Below are positions 26,201 to 38,143 of a stretch of DNA of 64,000 nucleotides, piece by piece. Every line of letters begins with the position of its first letter. Position 1 is the stretch's first letter. Origin of the DNA: Tubiluchus corallicola (Eukaryota > Animalia > Priapulida). A program made the translations under genes and the position numbers. The notes under the pieces are model-generated. The model was not told the origin of the DNA, did not search any database, and worked only from the letters and a program-made list of their open reading frames with translations. The stretch is taken from NCBI GenBank assembly GCA_030141605.1, contig JAQGDQ010000007.1, positions 1 to 64,000 of the forward strand, given 5' to 3'.

Positions 26201-27635
26201 CATCTTGTGCACCTACAGCTTGTACAATTTTAGCACATTTCCACATAAAATTCTGTTGTTTTTTCAGAGGCAGACCAGCCTAATGAAGCACATTAGTATT
26301 ACAGTCAACAGAAGATGCTAACGTTGACACAGAACAAAGTCTTGAAATGTACAGAATTATATCTAAAGCGTTTTTTCTTTTGCAGCTACCACTGTTACAG
26401 AAAGTTCAACACACAGCAGTGAATCTACCTCAATCTACAGCTAAACTAGTATTTTTGTTTATCCTTTTTTTCACTAGGGTGGATGGTAACAGTCCAGTCC
26501 AGTCCAGCAACCATAAATACATATTTTGAAATATGTAAAATTGTATTTAGAGTGACTTTAATTTTGCAGATGTCAATATCAATGTCACAGAAAATTCAAC
26601 ATACAGCAGTGAATCTGCATCTACTGATTACACAAGCACTGATAGCAGCTTAAGCTCTGAAGCTACTGAACAGTCAACTGATTACAGTATGTTAAGCACC
26701 ATGGAATCTAGTACAGGTACAGTCAGTAGCTAAACTGTTATTTTTGCGTACGAAATACTGAACAATCAATTTTAAATTTATAGGTTCTGGATTATTAAAT
26801 ATTAAAATTTATTAATAATAATATTAGAATTTAAAGTCCTGGATGAGTGCTCAGTCCTTCTCAGTACCTTTTATTTAGCAGATGTCAGCACCAGTGTCAC
26901 AGAAAGTTCTACATACAGCAGTGAATCTGTATCTACTGATTACACAAGTACTGATAACAACTTAAGCTTTGAAGCTACTGAAAATTCGCCTGTTTACAGT
27001 TCTTTAAGCACCACGGAAACCAGCACAGGTACTGTCTACAACTAAAGTGGTATTTTTGTTTATCCTGTTTTCACAGGATAGTAAATAGAAATGTGTCTAG
27101 GGCAGTTGGAATTTTGCAGATTCAGTTGTCACAGAAAGTTCTACTTACAGTGCGAATCTGTGTCTACTGACTACACATGCACTAATAACAGTTTATGCTC
27201 TGAATCTACAGAAGAATCAACTGATTACAGTACACCAAGTATGATAAAAACTAGCACGGTTACTGTCACTGTTGTTCATACCATTTCCTACCTCTGTTAG
27301 GAGATCAGGGAAGGGGTGTAATTATTTAAAATACATAGTTATAATAAATAGTGAAGTAGCTTTTATCGATTTTGGTGCTGCACACTTTGTGCAGAAGTTC
27401 TTTTGACGTAATTTGCCATGCATGACAATACAAAACAAAGTACATTCTGAAAAGACCTGTGCATTTCTCATACATTTTCTGCTTGCAGATTTAAGCAGCA
27501 TTGTTTTGGAAAATTCTTCTTACAACAGTGAGACTACGTCGACTGATTACACAAATACCGATGTTAGTTTTACATTTAAAACTCCCGAAGATGTAACTGG
27601 TGCTATTGTACTAAGTACCATAGAAACTAATGCAG
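18017..27635 (+). CDS. Second array of 9 mucin-like exons: 18017-18148, 18681-18830, 19289-19435, 21877-22023, 22189-22335, 23995-24141, 26570-26716, 26882-27028, 27489-27635
   Basis: Same repeat family, phase 1-1, open, AG/GT borders. The exons at 19289, 23995 and 27489 are a divergent variant (DLSSIVLENSSYNSETTSTDY...). Whether they are included in mRNA is not shown. Confidence 0.72.
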
Positions 27636-28401
27636 GTATTATTGATGGTAAAAGTTTATTTTACCTCTTTTTTTAACTCTTAGAGTTTGGAAAACGTGTA
27701 AGTATGCAATCTGTATAGTTATTGCTTGGAAGTCTGTAACCTACTTAATAGGTATTCATTGATAATCTGGAAAGAATGTGAGCCGAAAAAGTTGCATGCA
27801 GGTTTGTATTTTACCACAGAACTTTATTATACAACTCTGTAGAGTGATAACCCAGACATGAAAAAAAATTCAGTCTGTGATGCCTGGTTTTAGTAATAAA
27901 ATGGTAAGTACATTTGGTTTTTCCATGCAAAACAGTACTTTATATTAGAAAAATCCTGCCTATTAATCTCTGCCTTTTCTGTGTGGAAAATGTGTGCGTG
28001 TGCAAGCGTGGGTGCGTGCGTGACACATATGTAAATCAATGCACTTGTGAAACAGAGCATTTGTTCCATGCATCAGCAAAATTATGGAACAAGCTTTTTT
28101 TTATTTAAACAGGCTATCAAAACATTGCATCATAACAAAGTGTTGCAGTCTTTTACTCGTAGTTTTAAATTATGAAGCACCTGAAGCATTTTGTCAGGTT
28201 CTCATTTTTATTGACAATTAGTAATCCTTAATGGTTCATAATTGCTCTTGCATTTCTAAAAGTTTTTGTTCGTTGTTTTCTTTTATTTATGCTAAGGGAT
28301 GTTAAAGCAGAATGCATATGTTATTTGCAATTTTAGCAAATTGCTCAACTAATACAGACACACCATATATAATATAATGTAATGTAACGTAATGTAATGT
28401 A

Positions 28402-28444
<43 letters not shown>

Positions 28445-29550
28445 CTTTATTTAGAGTTGTCTTTAAATTCAATCGACAACAAAAGCCTGCCATGAGGTTT
28501 TTGTCACCTAATCAACTACAATTACAACTACGTAACAAATTATTATTATTACCCCACTTTTACCCTAAATACTATCATGAATACTGCACAACCTTGTCCT
28601 CTAACCTGCCTTTCTTTGTTTCTTTCCGACCTTACAGGCAAGATTTGTTCCTATGTGGGTTATTTGCAGGTATGCAATGGCTTATTTACCGAGAGCTGCC
28701 TCTTTCACATGCATTTAAGAGTTTTGCTGCAATTTATTTGTATCTACTGCATGTACGTATCTGTGTATAACAGGCACATTTTAAAGAGCTGTTATGTGTC
28801 TTTAAGGTTTTCAAAATGCTTAAGGGTTTGTTCAGTACTCTTCCTAGATTTTGAACTTTGGTTTTTTGCATTTTGTATTCTGTAGTGAAATAAAATGAAG
28901 TATTAAGAACCTTAGTCTGCTTTCTATCTCTCTAAACATTGCTTGTTACTATTATAGGCCTATATATTCAAATAACTCAAAAGTTATATGTTTCTTAATA
29001 GCTCCAAACTATGTGTGTTGATAACTCCAAAAGTAAATGGCTTTTGTAGCTCTAAAAGCCCTTTGCTAACCTAGAATATTCAGTTTGTAGTTCAGACTTT
29101 CAAGGTTAAAGTGTACAGTCACCATACTCGATCAGCTGATTACAATATACATTTTATAGTCTGGATTTTAAGTCAGTTGTTTCTAAATTAGAAGTTCAGT
29201 AATACTACAAAGACTTGTTATCTGTATGGTCTGGATTTAGATTAGCTAAGCCTGAATAACTATTGTTGCTCAGTTTTTTGGAACTTTTTGCTTTGCTAAC
29301 AGTGAGTATTTGTATATTTTGCTATTGGTTTACAGAATTTTTGCGTGTTGTCTAACAGTCTTTTTTCAGAATGTCAGAGCAAGCAACTGTTCAAGCCCAT
29401 AGCAAGGCCAAGAAAATCATAAAATCCCCTGGATATGCAAAACGTGTTGAATCTGATACCTCGGCAGACGAGGAGACCCCGATAGCTGACTTTGAAGTTA
29501 ACATTGCTAAGAACTGTAGTGATGCAGCTCAGCTAGTTAAGCTAGCAAAC
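18681..29550 (+). repeat. Young tandem segmental amplification, ~3.5-kb unit (partial copy 18681-21413, copy 21414-26107 with a LINE insert, copy 26108-29550); related shorter copy at ~11418-13473
   Basis: Near-identical ORFs recur at 20298/24992/28492 and 21177/25871/29371 (offsets 4694 and 3500). Copies differ by SNPs, microsatellite lengths and one insertion. Confidence 0.93.
22492..23653 (-). mobile_element. 5'-truncated CR1/L2-clade LINE (ORF2 C-terminus plus 3'UTR)
   Basis: WFKANKLSLNIEKTK...KFLGIIIDEHLTW...HNYGTR...GPYIWN across three frames; AATAAA followed by an (AAATCT)n-like tail; interrupts a mucin pseudo-exon. Confidence 0.92.
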
Positions 29551-32500
29551 AAACCTTAAGATACTTAAGACTTGCATGGTTTTTTAGATAGGCTAAATAG
29601 ATAGATACCTAAATCTAATTTTTAGATAGTTACCTAAATCTGTGCTTGTAGCTTTTTGAGATTGAACAGAGAAGCGGAAGTCTTGGACCACCGAAGAGCT
29701 TCGTGACCGTTTGCAGAATTATGATGTCAACTTGGAGGCTGTTGAAGAAGAAGCTTTTTCACTTCGGCTTCTTCAGGAGCCAGATCACTTCAACCGTAAG
29801 CCAGATTATTTCAAATCACAGAGTGTTCCTCGAGGTGAGAGTGTATTGCAAGTTGTGGATCAGCCCAGTCAGGGCAAAAATCCAATAACACTTTTGGTAG
29901 GAAAATTCTTTGTACATTTTGTAAATCAAACCAGCATTATAGCAATGGATGTACTGTTCATTCTACTGTTGCAGCTCGTAAAGCACTTTTTGCCGGTAGG
30001 TGCTTTTAAGTGTTTAAGCATTAACCATTATGCACTTAACTGCAAGTCTTCACATGTTTGTATCCATTACAGCCTACCAGGTCATCATCAAAGTCTTTGT
30101 TTAAAAAAGTTTTCCTCTGGAACAGGTGCTGTCATCCTGCTGACTACAACATCTGCTTCAGAAAAGGCTTTGTGTTCAACTACCTCGGAGAGTGTATGTA
30201 TGCAAACTGCTTCTTGCATTGTAAGTAATCATGTTACTAATCAAAGGGTTCGGGTGTATGCAACGCTTGATTCAGAAAGTGCTTGTTCTTATATAACTAC
30301 ATGTTTAGCTATGCAATTAGGCATTAAACCAACTAAATGTTTCCTTTGGCAGTATTATGCTAACACTAAATTAGCATAATTTAGCTCTGGGTAAACACCC
30401 AGAGAGCTAGCACTAAATTAAGAATAGTTTATAATGCCTCTGCTAAGGTGAATAAATCTAGTCCATCCCTAAATGACTGCTTATACTGAGGCCTGTTCTA
30501 ATGCCTGACTTATGCAGTGTACTTCGTCATTTCAGGATGCACGAGTATGAATTAGTTAGTGACATTGAGAAGTCCTTCCTTGCAGTTGGTTTACATGAGC
30601 CTGATCAAGACGTCACACATTTTCTTTGGCTAAAGGTATTAGTAACACTGATCCTACTGGTAACTTGCAAATATTTTGTTTTACTCGCTGTCTGTTTGGA
30701 ATTCTGTGTAGCCCATGGATGCTAGCAGCCCATGTTGCCAAAACTGATGAAGCCATTTCCTTCTACAAATTAGCTAAAGATCTCTTTTCAACGGCATCTA
30801 TGAATTTGAGGGAATTTGGTTCTAATAACATAAAGTTTGTTGCTTCTCTACCCGAGAAAGATAAAATTGCATCCTCAGAAATAAAAGTATTAGGATTAAA
30901 ATGGAGCGCCAAGGATGACACATTGTCTATTTCGCATAAGATTGTTGTAAACATACACAATAATCCGCTAAACACGAGATATTAAAACAAGTTGCAAGTC
31001 TGTTTGACACCTGTGGTTATGTATCTCCGCTTACACTTGATGCAAAGTTGTTTTTAGCTGAACTTTGGGTAGAAAAGTATGGCTGGGACCAGTCACTTAG
31101 TGAGCGTCATTTAGAACAATGGGAATTGATTGCTGATCTTCGCATATACCCCGTTGTATTTGTACTAATGTGGATGATGATATTTTATTTAATCTGTTGT
31201 GTTTTACTGATGCTTCTATGTATGCTTATGCTTATGTTGTCTTTTTACACCAGGTACCTCATGATGGGCAAGTTAGAGTGGATTAGGTCTTTTCCAAGAA
31301 CTGCCTCGCTCCATTCCATGCTTAGAATTTCTAGGAGATTTAGTTGGCGCTCGTGCTGATAACTACGTTCGTCAAGAACTTAAATTAAGTACCGTAGCAT
31401 GTACACTGTCTACAGACTTTTTGTGCGTATTATACTGGTTAAAGTCTAGTAAACCTCTTACTGCATTTATGCAGAAGAGGGTAGCAAAAATGTGTAGGTT
31501 TGACAATTTTTTTTCCTTTCGCTGTGTACTATCTGTGCAGAACATTGCTGATTGTGCTACCAGGCCAAATTCTGGTCAGTTATCTGAAAGTTGGTTTCAT
31601 GAGCCTGAATTTTTGCTTTCTGAAAAATCGGAATGGCCTACTTGTGATTTGCCTCCTCTTACATCTTTGCAATTAAAGCAGATAGAGGCAGAGATCAAAA
31701 CTAAAGAGTCTAAAGAAATGATTGCTTTTGAATCTGTTCTTAGTGCTACAGATAATGTAACATGTGATCTTACTGTCATATCAGTTAATAAGTTCTCTTC
31801 TCTTCTCAGGTTACTTCAAACGACATGTTACATCTTTAAAGCTGTGAGGCTGTTTTGTAATCTTCCCGTTAGTGCACGTGTCTCTACTGCTGACTTGGAA
31901 GAGCGAACTTTAGCATGGGTGAGGCAGGCACAGCATTCTTTCACTTCTGAGCAGCTGAGGCATTTGAAAAATTTAGATCTCATTCCTGGATAAGGATGTT
32001 ATTATTCGATGTACAGAACGCTTAGGTAACCTAGTTTATTATGATTCTCAGAGGCCTATCCTCTTACCTAAGGACTATGAATGTTCATGTTACTAATTGC
32101 ATACGGGCCCATCTCAGACACTCGCAAAAATGAGTCAAAAATGTTTGATTCACAGTGGGCGTGTTGTTAACCACCGGGTTTTGTCTGGCTATCGATCATT
32201 CATAGGGGTCCTTATGCCTTACCTAAAATGGCGCACCTTTATCATGGATACAAACCACTAAACCTTTTTTGTATTGTGGAATCGACTACCTCGGTCCAGT
32301 AAGGACAAATATTTTTAGAGGGGGTAACATTGTGTACAAGAAGGCATGGATTTGTCTCTTTACATGTTTTGTCACCCTTGGGGTCCACTTAGACAATTTT
32401 TGCTAGGCATGGACTTCCAAAGTTTATTCTCTCTGATGTACGGGAAAATATTTGAGCTAAAACCTAGTGCTGACTCATCAATGCAATAACGTAGACTTCA

Positions 32501-33500
32501 ACATCTAAAACTGTGCATGACCCTTCTTGTTCTTCTATGAATAATGCTGCTTCATTTGCAGGTGCAAATAAATCAGCCGATGATGTCATCAAGTCATGTG
32601 ACACACCTAGCACCAGTACTTCACGACCTCAGCATCAGTCAGCAAAGAAGGCTTGTCAGTTTTTGCAGCAGATGATTGATGAAGATGAATCAAAGCATGA
32701 CATATTCCTCATATGGTTCCAGCAGTTTCTTCACCTCAAAGTTCATTGGGCACACATTTTCCATGGTTTGCTGGTTGTTGGTGCTGGCTGGTTCTCAAGT
32801 TTACAGTTTACGCTTTCTTAAATAGTACTTGATCTAGTACTCAAGACTTTAGTGGACAGACTATGTTCCTGATAAAATATGTTTTATTGGCGATGTAAAT
32901 ACATTCCACTGAAAGAAGAAAACATAAAAAAGATTACAACAGGAAACTCAAAAATAATCACCATGTATCCTCATCGTATTATACACCATTTGTTACTTAT
33001 TATTACATTTTTTATGCTACAAACCCAATTATGCTCATGTATTGTCATTTGATTTGTCTTGTTGATGATTTATTTGATTTGTTAGACATTATTTAGTTGA
33101 TTACCACTGTTTGCAATTGATCACATATTTTAATCTCTAGTGGCATCCAGTATTATCCGTACATTCAGAGATTTCGGTGTCCCTATGACTATTTTTTCTT
33201 TTTGATTTCGGGAGAGTCGGGAAATCACATATATATTTCCCGATGTTAAATTTAATCTTGTGTGTTAGTCTAAGTTTGCCCCAAATTTCTCTAACATTTT
33301 TTCCAGTTCATGAATTTTCCTTTAACTACAATCTTATAATATAGCCTTGAATGTTAAACTTAAATTTGCCCTAGGTCTGTAGGTAGTTTCATACCATACA
33401 AGTATGTATTGCATGAAGCCCACTACTTAGATTAATTTATGAAGGAAAAGTTTATATAAAGCCGCTCGATTCTCTTAGCTTTCACTGGCTAACGGAGCAA
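29112..33500 (+). mobile_element. Decayed BEL/Pao LTR retrotransposon (gag-protease-RT-RNaseH-integrase); boundaries approximate
   Basis: Triple zinc knuckle (CTFC..H..C, CFKC..H..C, C..HHQSLC), protease-like LDSES, KLRIVYNAS/SLNDCL/DIEKSFL/FLW RT motifs, KVLGLKW, FTDAS, NIADCATR, GIDYLGP/KAWICLFTC integrase; many frameshifts and deletions; PPT-like gggagag at ~33210. No matching LTR pair was found. Confidence 0.9.
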
Positions 33501-35721
33501 GTCCCTTTATATACGCCTATAGTGCTAAATAATAATTAAAATTATGGTGCACCTAACGTAAATTTATATTATGCCTTTTAAGGTGATTATTGTGCTTTAG
33601 TGCATTGTGCTATTTGTGAAAATATGCTATTCATGTAATCGGTAATATGTAAGTAAACATTTATGATAATTAACTAACACCTTATATTTGTGAAATTTAT
33701 GATGTTAGGACCAAACTATAATTTGTGAAGTCTGTATAGTCAATGAATTGAATGAAATAATTATTTACTTTGTTGTGACCACTTTTTAATCAAATTTTGT
33801 CTGTTTTTATTGTTGGTTTGTGGACTTTTGAATTAGGAAGTAAGAATGACTAAATAAAAATGATTATACGTTCAAAATAGTGAGATTCAAGCAATTAAAG
33901 AAATACATATCGAGTTTTACTTTAAAAATGGATAATAGCATAACCCTATCTTAACGGCAATCAAAAATATTTCTGTCAGTTTCAGTCCTGTTACAAATAG
34001 ATTATCAGGATAACGTCCTATAGGTTTCTCCCCTGAGTTTTTTTAACATAAAAATTGTAAACAATAAAACAAACTTTCAATACAGAGGAAGAAAAGGCAA
34101 TGTTAAATTATGAGCCAAAAAACTTTCCATGCAAATCTATATTACTTAGCATTTCGCTTACTTACTGACTTACGTAACTAGACTAATAATTTAAAATGAT
34201 TGTGCCAATTGATAAAATGTTGCTGACTCACCCTCCAGGGTGCACCACTCATTATTATTCACAAGATACGGTAATTTAAAATTTTACTTAGTTAGCAACA
34301 TTTGTGCTACGAATGCTCTAATTATTTTTTCAAGCTTTACTTAATGTTATCAAAACTTGTTTCAAACGACCTACCATTAAAATAGCTGTGGCTAACGGTC
34401 ATCGCGGAAGTTTAAATTTACACGTTTTATACAGCGTTACGGCCGATACAAGCCGTGTATACGAAAAGGTAGTATGTAAATGGTATAAAATTTTGAGACG
34501 AATGTAAGTGGAGGGTTTTCTTGTGCTTTAAACAGTGTTTTATTCAGCGTCTTAGAACTTGTGTTTTTTATAGTAACAGTCTCTGTCTTTCTACTCCTTG
34601 TCATACATATTTATAGATATTACATTACAATGCTCCAGCACAACGGTGTTTTTCAAGGAACCACCCACGATATCTTGATCCTCATACAGAATATCATGGT
34701 CTAGTTTTTTGCGTTGGAATTCTTATGTACTGCGTTTATTAGCAAGAAAAAATAAGCTGTTAAAGACTACTCCATATCCTGTTAAAGACCACTTCAGGAA
34801 GATCCGCCAGTACATGATGATGATGATGATGTGATTGTGATGCTGCTGACAATGATGACGATGATGATGTGATAATTATGATACTAACTTTTTCATTTCA
34901 TTGCAATTTTTACAATTTAAGAAACTGCAACCACACTTTTTTATGAAAGACCCAATCAGCTAAACAACCAAGTTTGCAATAAAATGAAAGGAGACCAAAC
35001 TTTGAACGTTTTCTCTTTTCTTGAATAAGAGCCAAAGAGCTAACACAAACTTTGTGCAAAGCAAGCTAAAAATTTGCGCAGGAGCAGAGGCCACAACAAT
35101 AGCAACAGTCCCAGAGGTGACAGCAGCAACAGCACGAGGCAAAAAGACTTTAAGATGGCGATCTTTATGGCAATACACGCGCTCGAAATTCGCCCAAAAA
35201 AGGTAAGTTATTTAGTTTATAAGTGTCTGTTGGGGCTATAATAGGTTTTTAATACTACCTGCAAAAAGTTTTTCGGACATCCCGTTTGTCTAGTCGGTGT
35301 TTCAATGTTCTAAGCTCATAATAAAAACTTCCAAACATCTGTCATTTCCTTTTGGGTTTCATTATTATTGTATTAAACTTTCTCCCCCTAAGAAGTGCAT
35401 GCAGGGTTCTGTACTCATAAATAAAGCGGTTTCCTCAGTTTGGATTCTCATGACCTTTCGCATGGTAGGTGCCCCTTTTTCCGAGGTTTTTTTTACAAAA
35501 TGATCGATTTTTTCCTCTTCCAATTCTTTTAAAATGCAATTTCTAAAACTAGAAAAATAGCCCCTGCAGCATGTTACAGAGTTGCAGGGACTGCAAATAG
35601 CAATGAATTTTACAATGCCATCTTACAGATTAAACTGACAAGTTTCTATCTTCATCCGATGATGTTGCGCACACATCAATCCAATTCGAGGAGGGGCAAC
35701 TAAAGCGTCCCATTATTACAC

Positions 35722-35739
35722 TGGTGTCAGAAGTAGGAT
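35722..35739 (+). mobile_element. Orphan LTR-retroelement primer-binding site (tRNA-Leu type) after an LTR-like ...ACA end
   Basis: TGGTGTCAGAAGTAGGAT is 17/18 identical to the common Gypsy PBS TGGTGTCAGAAGTGGGAT; preceded by attattaca-c. Confidence 0.55.
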
Positions 35740-36611
35740 ACAGAGCTTCATGATGTCTGATATTGTGATATTTGCATTCCTTAGTATTTCATTTGTAGCC
35801 CTCGGGTATTATTTATTATTATTCATGCTTTGGACTGCCAATGACCACAACTGCTATGTTATACTAAACACAAAACACGAAAGTTATTCATTTTAGATAT
35901 TTTCTTTTCTTACAAATCTCAAACTGTTACAAAACATCAATTGCCGTTGTATAAACAACTCACAAACATTTAAAACACTGCTGGCATAAAATTTTCATTT
36001 CGTGTTTCCCATAAATTTGCATAACTACGTCTGAACTCCTAAACATCGATGTTAATAGTCAGGCTGCCATCAACATCAGAAAGTTCGTCTGATTTAAAAT
36101 AAGCTATCAGTGTTCTGCTACCAGCTTTCGAAGGAGTACACTCAGTGGTTATCCGAGCTTCTGCACGCGAAGGAACATCTCTGAAACATATAAAAAGACT
36201 TCCTACCCGACAGTAACACAAAGTACAATCAACTTAATGTAACTTCTTATTGCAGCAGTGTTGTGACAGCAAGAAGTCTCAAAGAATTGCGCTATTGCTC
36301 TGAGGAACTTGAATTATAGACATATTGCTGTTAAAGTAAAGTGAATGAAAAAACAAAAACGTAATGCGACTGGAACAAACTAAAAACCTACTAACCATAC
36401 CTGCAGGTTATCTCCCTTGACCTTTCTATTCCTGGACCTTCGATGACAAACTTACAACGGTGTAATGTTCTATTTAGCAATGGGTTTTTAGCCTGCATTC
36501 AACCTCGAAAGGTCTGCTGACTTGATAAGGTGGAAAACCATGCATAAAATAAATGACCTAGTAAGTAAGAGAAAATCTTCAGAGATAACTTTAAGAATTA
36601 TAAGCTTGCTG

Positions 36612-36674
36612 GGCATCCCATGGCCAATAGTCATTCGTCTTTGGCATCCCATGGCCAATAGTCATTCGGCTTTG
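36612..36674. repeat. 31-bp direct tandem duplication (ggcatcccatggccaatagtcattcgkcttt x2)
   Basis: Two adjacent copies with one mismatch. Confidence 0.85.
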
Positions 36675-36911
36675 GTGATATGTTATTAGTAAGTAAGAAT
36701 TATCTATACATAATTCATTTATCTTTATTTTAGGTGCGGATCATAAACCCAGTTGCTTGCCAGTTAAAAGAAGCGATATACATTTGTGTTAATACATGCC
36801 TTAAATCTTGATAGTAAAACTTTTTAGAGTACCAGAAAATGGTACGTAACACCAATATGTATGCTAAGGTATTTACTCATGTGGTAGAGCTGCAGCGAAA
36901 ACCAAAAGATG

Positions 36912-38143
36912 CAGTCTGGTCTGTTATCCGAAAAAAGGAGACTGACTGGATACAACTAGCAAATTTTCAGGAATGTTTTCTTTAGGTCATTTCAACAGCG
37001 TTTTGTACACTTTTTATAAAATTTTGCATTTTGGAGCGCTGTCCGAAGACACTAAAAGGTAACGAAATGGTCCACTACTTTAGAGACTTATAACTTCAGA
37101 ACGTTCACAGATAGACGCTTGGGTACTGTTAGGGACGAATAGAAACTTATATGTGGTCTTTCATTTGGTAATACGACTAGTGATCCAGGAGCACACGAAA
37201 TGGCCAAATAACGTCATCGGGACCCCTCTATCCTGTTCCCAAAATCAAATGTTTGTACATGACTTGCAAGCGAAGCCGTAAAATGTGTTGTTGCAAAACT
37301 CGTTGTCAGAAAATATTAGCACACGGGAACTGCGGTGAACTGCGCAAGTGTCACTGCTTGGATCGGAGAAATTAAGTAAGTTACATGCATGTTCCCTATA
37401 CAATGTAACGCAGAAGCTGATGACGTCAATATTATCGGCATTAAGGTACGGAGACGTCATAATGTGATGTTACTTAACGCTTAAAACATTTTTCATGTGA
37501 GTAGTTTATTAACAATCAGTTACTGATTTTGCCCATTTTTGTAACATTTTAGTGTTTTTGCCATAACTATTAATAACTTTAATGACGTCATTACCTGCAA
37601 ACTAGCTATATTGAACAAAAAAGCTGCGCATCAGTTTCTCATATTTTTTATCACCATTTGATCTATTTTATGATTACTCACAGTTATTCGACCCTTATCA
37701 CTGTCTTTGGCGTATAACGTAGAACCAAAATTCTTGTAGCAAATGGTTGATTTCCTGTTAGTCCATAATACATTTCGTCACATTTTATAGCTTCGCTTGC
37801 AAGATGCAAATATTTTGGATAGAGAGGTATCGATGACGTAATTTGGTCTTTCGTGTGTCCCTGGTTCACCAAAACGCACTACCAAATGAAAGCCCACATA
37901 TAAGTTACTATTTGTCCGTAATAGTACCTAGATATCTATCTGTGAACGTTTTGAAGTTATAAGCCTCCAAAATAGAGGACAATTTCGTGACACTTTAGTG
38001 TCCCGAGGCAGCGGCACAAAATGCAAAATTTTGTAAAGGAAAATGTCCAAAAAACGCTGTTAGAATGACTTAAAGAAAGCATTCCTGAAAATTTGGTAGC
38101 TGTATTAAGTCAATCCCCTTTTCTCGGCTAACAGACCGGACTA
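36912..38143. mobile_element. Non-autonomous DNA transposon with ~320-bp TIRs (Academ-like)
   Basis: 36912-~37235 is a diverged inverted copy of ~37816-38143; termini CAGTCTGG / CCGGACTA (YAG); 3-bp TSD atg on both sides. Confidence 0.8.

Noticed and set aside
3853-27635. Regularly recurring ~147-bp repeats as a CRISPR-like array or satellite
   Set aside because: They have splice sites, keep frame and are separated by long introns; no cas genes; eukaryotic context.
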